This document shows positions 54,721 through 64,000 of a stretch of DNA of 64,000 nucleotides, in pieces. Each line of letters begins with the position of its first letter. Within the stretch, counting starts at the first letter, position 1. The notes beneath the pieces are model-generated. The model made no database searches, was not told the DNA's origin, and worked only from the letters and a program-made list of their open reading frames with translations. Both the position numbers and the translations under genes were made by a program. The DNA comes from Tubulanus polymorphus (taxonomy: Eukaryota > Animalia > Nemertea). The stretch is from assembly GCF_964204645.1 (NCBI RefSeq), contig NC_134027.1, positions 11,750,485 through 11,814,484 on the forward strand, given 5' to 3'.

Positions 54721-56095
54721 GGAACTTAGCGTTTTACTAGTATCGAACTAAGATTTGAATTGCTATAGAGTAAATATCGCCAATATCGCGCATGGATATA
54801 CAATATAAGGATATCGGGAACTCGGGAATAGGATACGGATTTAACCCATGGTATGTATAATTATCGTATCAAGTAATGGACTCGGAGCCAGATTATTTGT
54901 ACGATTAACTGGTTTAAAGGCTGAATTTTTCCAAAGAAAATTTGCAATTGTTTCCTTTTCATTTATTGCTTCCGAGTGCTTTCTTGATTTGGTTTATTTT
55001 CTTCTAAAACAATAGATAAGGTTTCTTAAAATTAGTAGAATTGATCTATGTCCGAATTTTAGGGTTACCCAAATGAGGAAGTGCCGAAAAACAACAAAAT
55101 GTAAGTTGACTAATTTATAGAAATTGATTAATTGCATATTCTTTCTCGCAAAAGGCTCCGAAGTTTATCATTAATTTAATCAATCTATGCCTTATTCACA
55201 TGTATGGCTCGTCGATCAAGTGTATAATATGCTGTCACTTTTAGAAAATTTACTTCCTTTCCCATCCAGACCAATCCAAAAATCCATCCCATTCCCCAGG
55301 GCAGACTCTTACACGTTGCTGCCAACCATTCTGATGTTTCTGTTACTGTTCTGAAAAATTGTGTGAAAATACGGCGTGCTGTTTTTAGAAAATTGTTATG
55401 GATTTTTATTCATCTCATGGGGGCCTGAAAAAAAGTTTTTGACCCCAGTATCGTACTATAAGTTTAGGGCCTATATAAAAAGACGTTTTAGATATAGTGG
55501 GGTAAAAAACTTTTTGTGTCAGGTCCCTGTGATTCACCTAAGAATTCTGACAGATTTAGACACAATAGACGATCCAAACTTGTTCTTCATTAAGACTTTA
55601 ATCGTTTGAACAATTTCCGTATCAGCATCATCAGTGGAAGCTTTCCGTGCAAGGCTCCATTGTTACTAACCCTGTGCAGCAACCCTGTCACCCACTGTCC
55701 ACAAGCCAAAATTGGCCACTGATGGTGAATCATATTCCAGATTCAAGACCTGAGATACCCAAGACATATTGCGGCCCCGAAAACTGGCCCTGTCTGATCT
55801 GAGATAGCTGACAAACGGCCATTAATCAGTCTATTTTTGCACATTTTTGAACATGTCTGAAATTTTCAATGGTAATTTTGAAGGCACTGGCCCTTTTTAA
55901 TTAACCACCCATGTGCCTAATCTGGTACGGGCCAAAAAGTGCGCGATCTCGGCTTAGATGTTACATCTTGGAAACCTGGATTCATAGCCATCGAATTAAA
56001 AATATGCGATATTTTTCAGGTTGATCGACAGCCGTTTATTCGAGTTCATCAATTAAAATCTGCGCGATAATCGTATCGAAAACCAGACTGTCGCG

Positions 56096-56384
56096 ATGGC
56101 GATGCCGGCTGCAGCTTCGAGTTTCGCGTCATCGTCGCCTTCGACGTCGGCCGGCTCGATCGGATCTGTCGGAGGAAGTAGAAAGTGTTCGTCGTCGTCG
56201 AGACTATCAAACGGCGGTTCGTACGACAGCATGCATTACATACGACGTCGCCTCGAACAGGGCGCGTTGATGACGAAATTCAACGTGCGAAAGAAACCGG
56301 AACGTTGGCTCATTAAAGTGATCCTCGAAACGCGACAGCTCATTTGGATATCGGGTCCGCAGGCGCGTCGACACGACGGCCAAG
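56096..56384 (+). CDS. PLCG1: PLC-gamma coding exon 1 (acceptor 56018-56019)
   Basis: MAMPAAASS...IRRRLEQGALMTKFNVRKKPERWLIKVILETRQLIWISGPQARRHDGQ|GTAAAT. Confidence 0.88.
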
Positions 56385-59300
56385 GTAAATATTTTCTTTG
56401 TTTTGACAGGCGTGCTCGACGATGCGCTTTTGCGAACTAGTCCTATAGCCTTTCATATGACCATATCTTTGAAAAATATAAGTTTGAGTTTAAAACCCAC
56501 ATGAAGAGTGAATTTTTTTATCAAAAACACACCTAACGATGATCTCTGGTGTGAGTTCAAAATTTTGCATCTAATAGAATAATTGACATCAACAGACTAT
56601 TTCAATTAGGCCTATTGCCCTTAGCTATAGGGCATGCTTAGGAACTGAGGTGATAAATTTCCAATATCCAATAACCTACACAATAGACCCATACTTGATA
56701 ATATTCTTGGCCGCCTCTTTCAGCAACCTATTGCAGAGCTACCAAGTGCCCTTGATTTTCTTCTTTCTTTAAGCCTCTAGAGTTGTTACTCTTTTTGCTG
56801 GAGAAATACTGATTTGATGTGAACAGAAATATGAAAGGTGTTATCTCGAAGTTGTTACCCCCTCCCCCTTGATTACTGATAACTTAGCAAATTCTCGTTC
56901 GTATTTCAATGAAAATGTTCCTCAAAACCTGCCAACTTAAAGCCCTGAAAAGCAGAAGCACTTTCCAGATGTTGACAGGCCTGGCATTACTTTGGTTCGA
57001 TCATGGACCCTTTATCCATGGTTTGATAAATATCCATTTGAAATTGGAAGCTCCTTTGAATGTCAAGATGTCAAAATTTCGAGCTGCACATTAAGTACAC
57101 AGGCCTGGAGGGGTTCTGACAATATTCAAACATGTCTTAGCATATCGCGGGATAGGTGTATCACAGATTTACCTGCTTCAATATAGGTGAAATGTTATTT
57201 TACCGATATGGGCAGTGATGTTCCTAATACCGGTAGCTAAATCTCATGTGTGGCTGGATGACCAGAAGATTTCTTATGGACTCTTACCCATGTCGTCACT
57301 AGCTCGCTTGCTTAATTGCTCGTTAACACGATTAGCTATATCCTTGTATTGAGTTCGAAACTTAAACGCGATTGCAAAACATCTCGGTTTGTTTCATTAT
57401 TGGTTACGATTTGAGCCTTAGCGATGTATTTGAGCAAGGAACATAGTATCGGCACTTTATTCATACACGTAGGCAGATGACTTTTCATGTTTAGCAAACA
57501 GGTTCATCAGTTTATCATGTAGTATTCCCAGACTTCAAAAGTTATGAACTGAAAAGAATTGAGAAATTGTCATCCAAATTACTCCAACTAAACTTTCATC
57601 AAAGAAAGATAGTAAGTATCTTTTAGTGGTGAGAATTCCATGTCGATGCGCGGCGTAGTTTGCGAGTTATTAGCTGTGGGACTTCACCCATCTTGAGATT
57701 ATTGATGAACAAACAGATGCGCAATAATTTGCAAACACTGGAAATTTGAAACGTGCGCTGTTTTGGGATACTCATTTAGCCATTTAGACAATCATGCAAG
57801 GGGCCGACTCGGGGATCGTGAAACCTTTAGGGCCTACAGTGCGCAGTTCTCTACTGGCAGTATGACTGATTTGGTGATAATCAAAGGCTTTGATACAGTT
57901 TTTTTTTTTCATCAAATTATTAGATTTAAGAATTCGAGTTCTTTCCAGGTGTGAAGCTATAATGTATTAGTTTGACTTGTTAAATCCTGTCTCATGACTT
58001 CTGTGTTCACTTTTGTGTGAAGTTTGGAATGCATTGCTATATTCTGGCAATTAGATTTTACTTCCCGGTTCACGAAAGCCTTTGTTCACAACAAAAATAT
58101 AAATAAACTGTTTCAGCTCGTTTTATGTCATTTTCTCTCAGGGTCTATTGAAATTACGAACATTATGTTGTTGAGGCTAAAATTACCATAATCTTTCTTT
58201 GGCAGATCCAAGAATTTTTTAATAGGCCCTAAAATCCGAGGCCTACACTAATACATATACTTGGTACGAGTTCATGAGTGCTGTAGATGCAAAAAAGTCT
58301 TTAAAGAGGTTTTGGGGTCCCCGAAGAAAATTTTGAAAAAATGGACAATTTTCTGAGCATCTAGAGTGATTCTAATCACTAAGGTTATTCTAATCAATAA
58401 TTTGCCTCTGTAGGGCCTATGTGTAACTTTCTTAAGCCAGGTTTTGAAAATGTTATCGTGGCGAAATATAAGGGGGGCTGAGCCTCTCAGGCCCCCTTGG
58501 ATCCGCCCTGTACACTTATAGGAAGCGCTAGCATTGGAATATTTTTATGAAAGTGAACAAAAGGGCAAAACACTGTAATCTAGAATTCGTTCTTAAAAAA
58601 TGAATATTCCCGAAGGAAAGCGTTGTAATTTGTTTCTCGTTACGGTTTAAACACGTTTCAGGCTCTGGATATCGTTTGTTGGATGGTACAGGTAAATTGA
58701 AAAAAAAATGGTGTTGTGACTTCATTATAGAGTCGTGGTTTTATCAATAATCAGTTCGCTCTATCATCAGTCAACGTAGGAAATCGATTGCTGACAAATT
58801 ATTTTCTTAATCAGACGGAGCGGCGTCATTTGTCACTTCATGATACGATCGAGTTGAGGGTGTTGTTTCTAATCGATGGTGTGGTCCGTTTATTTTTGTG
58901 GTATCTAATTTTGTTGTTGTTGTCTAATATGTGTACATTGTGTAATTTACTGGTGTCAATAAAGAATGAATTGAATTGGTTATCCTCTACGTACAGCCCT
59001 CTGTACAGCTGCTGCTGTACATTCTTAGAAATGAGGTCACATTCTGAGACCCAATGTCCTGTATTCTGAACAATTTTGTGATGCCGTCTATCGCGCCAGA
59101 GCAACGCTACGGGGATAGCTTCCGAGTGGTAATGTGACCTTAATTCTCAGTTCAAATTTCATAAATTTCACAATTGATCAACGTCCTTGACCTCAGCAAT
59201 GGGTCAGTTACATGCTAGGATGTCGGTTTTAGGTGTAAAAATTGAGCATGGTTTAGGACTTTCAATTGATATTCCTAAATTCCGATCATTTGGCCATTTG

Positions 59301-62300
59301 AAATTTAATGTAAAGCTTGGCATACTATTTTCGGGGAAAAAGGTGGGCCAAAAAAAATTTAATGCCGAAACCAAAATAGTACCACAAAGTACGATAAGTG
59401 TAATTCCTAATATTGAGGTAATTGGAACAAATTAGGTAATTTGGCTCTGGGTCTGTAAAGGATCATTAATTTGATTTCAGTAATACAATATTTTGAAACT
59501 TTCTGAGCAATTGACAAAAAACTTAAAATTTTGGTTTGTAATCATGATACAGCTTACACGTTGATTGACTGATTATTAAGATATTATCACGCTTTTTATT
59601 GCAGTTGATTTAAGAGAAGTAAAAGAAATACGCCTCGGCAAAAACTCGAAAGACTTCGAAAAGTGGTCCGACGACGCCAAGAGGCTCGATACTGCGCAGT
59701 GTTTTGTTGTTTTCTACGGAAGCGAGTTCAACCTGAAGACGTTGTCATTTTCAGGTGATTTTATTTGTATGAAATTCTTCTCTCCATAAGGTTGAAATAA
59801 AATGAGACCTCATTTTCCTAAAATCGGCTGGGTCACTTCTGTAAACTGCACTGAAATTTGTAATCCGTTCATTTCTATAACTGCTGCATCAGTAAATGGC
59901 TAGGTTGATCATCATTTTGAAAAAAGCAATGTACAGGGTATCTAGGCGACCAGCCTGGTCAACTTCAGCAGTTCAGCAGAAATGAGATCAAAGGTATCAC
60001 TTTTTAGCCTAAATACAGTCGACATGTATATACATTGATTAATCCTGTTGTAGCGGCGAATGCTGATGAAGTTCGAATCTGGATTGAGGGACTGGAATAT
60101 TTGGTGAATGATACAATAACTGGGCCCTATACACTTCAAGTGGAAAGGTAATTCTGGTGATAAGCACTGAAGCCACGTTCACACTATTGCCTGTTAGTCC
60201 ATTCTAATTTGACCCATGTCTGAAATCCGACGTAGATTAGAATGAAATTAGAGCAGTTTCTATTCATGCTTACAGCAATGGTCTGTTCTGAATCAGTTAT
60301 AGATCACAATATCCATGATAAAACGTTACATCCCACTATTAATGAATTGATAGCTAACGAAGTTTTATCTAAAATACTAAGAAAGAATTTAGCATTTTAG
60401 ACTGAAAAAGTATTTCTAGATATATTTCCTCCGAAATATTTCTAGTATTTTGAAAAAACTTTTTTACCTATCAATTCATTTATTGTGGGATTTTACTCTT
60501 AATGGTCTGTTCTGAAATAGACCAATTTAGGATGGGCCGAATTTAGACTGCTCAAAATTACGTTGTTTTGCGAACGTGTTTTATAAGACTGATCATAGCC
60601 GATATCGCCTCCTCTGCATCATTAATCCCTCAGAATAGATGGCTCCAGCTTCTTGCCTGCATAACCCTTCGATACCCAAATTTGTTGTTTATTCATTCAC
60701 CTTGAACTCGAGAGTTCCGATAACTGTGTTAGCTTACTCGCAGTCTAACTCGCATGTGGGCCTGTATGAAACCTGACCCACAATAACCGCAAATACTCGT
60801 CTAAATTCACGATATCTTTCTTTTATTTCGTGTAGATGGCTTTGGAAAGAATTTTTTACCATGGAAAGAAACAAGCAGTAAGTAGACGTTCAGAAGATCG
60901 CCCTGGCATCCCATTGCTGGTGGATGAAAAACTTGTTATTATGCAATGCTATATTTTCTTAATGTTTTTCTGTATATTCCAGATTGCAGTTCAAAGACGT
61001 AAAATCCTGGCTGCCGAAGGTGCACTGTAAAATGTCTGGTAATAAGCTGCGGGAGAAATGGCAGGCGAGTAAAACAATAATTCCGCATTTGCATGAAAGA
61101 TAAAGACAATTTACCTACTCAATCGATTGATTTTTAGTAAACCTTGAATAATTAAAAAATGAATACTTTAGGAAATTGACCCACAACTTCAGGATATAGG
61201 GTTTGAGCAGTTTGTGACTTTGTATCAGAACATCATAGCAGTTCCGAATGTGAGTATATTCACGCGAAAATCATTTTGTATTTTTGTTTCACTGTTTACC
61301 TAACGTTGTGAACATTTCTACTCGTATATCGTATTTTTCTTTTATCAGATCTTTACGGAATATTTTCAACAGTACTGCGATGAAAGGTATGTCGAACGTT
61401 TTATAACTAATGTCTTCCGGTATTTATTTTTGTTTGTCATCTTTTTTTTTGAAAATTTCACTTTCACAATCTTTTGAACACTTACCTCTAATTGGTCTCA
61501 ATTGTGACCTGTGAAATTATGCAGGCTGAATAAACCATCGTTTTTGGTTTACCTTTGTCAGCGATATGAAGTTGGCATTGAGCCAATTTCATGTAAAATC
61601 GCGGTACATTTTTCTATGTGAGCATTTGTTTCATTGGTTCTCGGGTTAAACGACGTATAATCGATGCGCTTGAAGACATGACGAACCTCCGTCGATGTAC
61701 ATGGTCAACTTTGTTAAAATTCTACGATAACTGTTCTTGGCAGGAAAATTCTTAGCTCTCGCGTATAAAATTGCAATGACCTCGATTGGGGGGCGTTGTC
61801 TCTACGAGCGAATGTGATTGGCTGTTTTTGGGATATACGGAATTCCGGCGCTACTAAAATAATTATGGGAAAGCCATAGAATGGCGAACGTGTCTCATTG
61901 GACTAGGTACCGTATTACGTGCAAATTTAAAATGCTCATTGCCGATGAGAATGTAATTATTATTATAGGTATTGTTTCATTTTAATACCCGGTGATTGAT
62001 TTGATTGACACTGAAGTGCAAGCGAACACTCACTTACACAAGGCCTCCACGTGCGCGCAGAGTGCTATAGACTGTTGCATACACAAACACACGCTCGTAC
62101 GGTATACACGACTATAGTGATACTGTAAACGCTGCTTGCTGGCGCGTCTGACATTTCATCAACAGAAGATGAGCGCTATGTTTTCTGTTTGATATAATTT
62201 ATAATAAATTGTAATTTCTTGTGACCTGAAAATATTAAGCAGCAAACTACAAGTATAGGTCGAGGTCTGAATATTGTAGTAGTAAATTCCAGGATCTAAT

Positions 62301-63388
62301 ACGCCGATTTCTCACTGCGCCGGTTTAGATTCCGCGGCCATACATTGGAAGAGGTTTCCAAGACTAAATATTCAGCCACCCTCTGATATGTGACATCATA
62401 TGAATTTTATTTGAATATTTTTTCATATTATGAAAAATATTTCTTTGAAAATATAAAATAGTTTCCCTGCCGCGCCTACCTGTACCCTACGAAATGTATA
62501 TTTTTAGTCTTATTGACTACAAAATAATTCTTTGAGAAAGATGAAATACAAGATAGAACTTTGAAGTCACGAATTTAAAAGATTTTTCAAGCAATGCCCT
62601 TACCCCAAACAACCTCTAGCTTTCAAGGTAAACCACACTTTGCCCATGGGCAATTTATATGTTTTATACCGTATTGGAGGATTGCCAAAAAGTCATCATT
62701 TTCTCATGTTGAAAAGGGAAAAGAAGAGACATTTTAACAATATGTTTCCATGCATATGAACCATGATTTTTGATGATTTGAAAACAATTCTAAACTGTAG
62801 GCGTAGGAACATATTGTTGACGTTGATTTAGTTCGTAAAATCGATTCTCTGATTCAAATGAATTAAAAAAGACTTGTTGGTAATCCTTCAATACATTGAT
62901 ATATTGATATAAAAATGATGAGTTTATTCAGACTGCAAAGTTTCACTGGTCGTATTGAGTCCGATTAGAGGTATGTTTTCAAAAGATGAAGCCAAATATC
63001 TAAAAAAAATCGATGACAAAATAAATTGAATAGACTTTAGTATCAATTCAGAAATTTATACCCATGTACAATAAAATTTTGAATTATGTATTATCAAGCA
63101 TCGTATTGAATTCTATGTACCATCGAAGACATATTTCCAGCATTCCACTTTAAATTTCAGAGGACGTATTTCTCCAGAACAATTATGTAATTTCTTGGTA
63201 CACGAACAAAAGGTTTGTGAAAATCGTATGTACTTTTCGCTTCGAACTATGTCGCAGATTTTCAAAATTAAAAGTGACCTTTCTTTCAGGATCCTCTTGG
63301 CAATAACTTGGATGATGTTGGGAAATTGATATCGGATTATTTAGCGAATCCAATCCGCGATTCTGATCCGTATTTCTCGGCTGAAGAG
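56096..63388 (+). CDS. PLCG1: Phosphoinositide phospholipase C-gamma, 5' part (N-terminal PH domain and EF-hands, first about 308 aa in 9 exons); gene continues beyond the window
   Basis: RRLEQGALMTKF..RKKPERW...ETRQLIW, VDLREVKEIRLGKNSKDF, CFVVFYGSEFNLKTLSF, LQVERWL.KEF, PIRDSDPYFSAEE correspond to the PLC-gamma N-terminus; exon phases are consistent. Confidence 0.92.
56529..56572 (+). pseudogene. Degenerate copy of the same hammerhead motif
   Basis: acacctAacgatgatctctGgTgtgagTtcAaaa aligns to 32957-32990, but the core is mutated (CUAACGA, AAAA). Confidence 0.6.
59605..59754 (+). CDS. PLCG1: PLC-gamma coding exon 2
   Basis: VDLREVKEIRLGKNSKDFEKWSDDAKRLDTAQCFVVFYGSEFNLKTLSFS|GTGATT. Confidence 0.92.
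60054..60147 (+). CDS. PLCG1: PLC-gamma coding exon 3
   Basis: AANADEVRIWIEGLEYLVNDTITGPYTLQVER|GTAATT. Confidence 0.9.
60836..60877 (+). CDS. PLCG1: PLC-gamma coding exon 4
   Basis: WLWKEFFTMERNK|GTAAGT. Confidence 0.87.
60983..61064 (+). CDS. PLCG1: PLC-gamma coding exon 5 (GC donor)
   Basis: LQFKDVKSWLPKVHCKMSGNKLREKWQ|GCGAGT. Confidence 0.83.
61172..61249 (+). CDS. PLCG1: PLC-gamma coding exon 6
   Basis: EIDPQLQDIGFEQFVTLYQNIIAVPN|GTGAGT. Confidence 0.87.
61349..61386 (+). CDS. PLCG1: PLC-gamma coding exon 7
   Basis: IFTEYFQQYCDER|GTATGT. Confidence 0.8.
63161..63212 (+). CDS. PLCG1: PLC-gamma coding exon 8
   Basis: GRISPEQLCNFLVHEQK|GTTTGT. Confidence 0.85.
63290..63388 (+). CDS. 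PLCG1: PLC-gamma coding exon 9
   Basis: DPLGNNLDDVGKLISDYLANPIRDSDPYFSAEE|GTACGG. Confidence 0.87.
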
Positions 63389-64000
63389 GTACGGTATTAA
63401 ATGCTTACCCCTTCTGTCACTATACTTCAGCCATTTATATTCCTTGAACATCTGAACATTTCATCAGAATGACTTTATTCAGTTTTGTTTATTCTTAAAT
63501 CATTGTGGGGTTAGTCTTATAGACCAGGACCCAGGAAGAAAGACACTCTAAATATTTGGATGGATATGTGAAAGCTGTGGGTACTGGAGTGTGTAATGGG
63601 TAGTGTAGTGTGATCTGTGTGCATTTGTGGCCAGCACACAGATCACATTGTTCAAATTGGGGTTTGGTCCAGGACTCGCGAGATTTTCAACAACACGGAA
63701 GTAACGTGTAATAAATGATGACTTGAATTGCATGACTACCTACCACCCCTCATTATTGTTCGGCACTGACTAAAAATTAGTAATAACATTTTAGAAATGG
63801 CCAGAATTTGAACTTAGGTTCTATCTCATTTTTATTTTACAATTGCGATTGGTATAATTTTTTTTTAAACGGCCGTTAAGGCTTCATGTTTCGTCTGCAA
63901 TTCACTGCAAATAGTTACGCAACTACGCACATTTCAGTGTTTTTGGCAGCTGTACACTCAATCGGCACTGTTCGTGACTAGCTTCACTGCGGAATTATCA

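Noticed and set aside
57470-57515. Minus-strand CTGATGA..TGTTT/AAACA..GAAAAGTC hammerhead-like motif
   Set aside because: No stem I pairing and extra unpaired bases; probably chance or heavily decayed.

Overview
AT-rich, intron-rich eukaryotic DNA from a metazoan. The repeat content suggests a marine invertebrate, probably a lophotrochozoan, but this is inference. Three protein-coding genes can be reconstructed by hand. (1) The last coding exon of an APCDD1-family Wnt/BMP inhibitor (+, 1663-2448). (2) A complete WDR7/Rabconnectin-3 beta gene (-, 52978-10328) with 25 phase-consistent coding exons totalling 4512 nt, or 1503 aa. (3) The 5' part of a phospholipase C-gamma gene (+, from 56096; 9 exons covering the PH and EF-hand regions), arranged head-to-head with WDR7 and containing one GC-AG intron. 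The introns are full of non-autonomous DNA transposons (Helentron/HINE-like, pogo-like, piggyBac-like, Harbinger-like, hAT-like, MULE-like), a SINE and (TA)n tracts. The most notable observations are an intact-looking minimal hammerhead ribozyme at the end of a Penelope-like retroelement remnant (32957-32998) with a decayed copy at 56529; several frame-preserving candidate micro/cassette exons and a possible internal first exon in WDR7; and a TIR element with a 9-bp TSD carrying a tRNA-like Pol III promoter. Most ORFs in the supplied track are spurious. No database searches could be run, so all family assignments come from recognised motifs.
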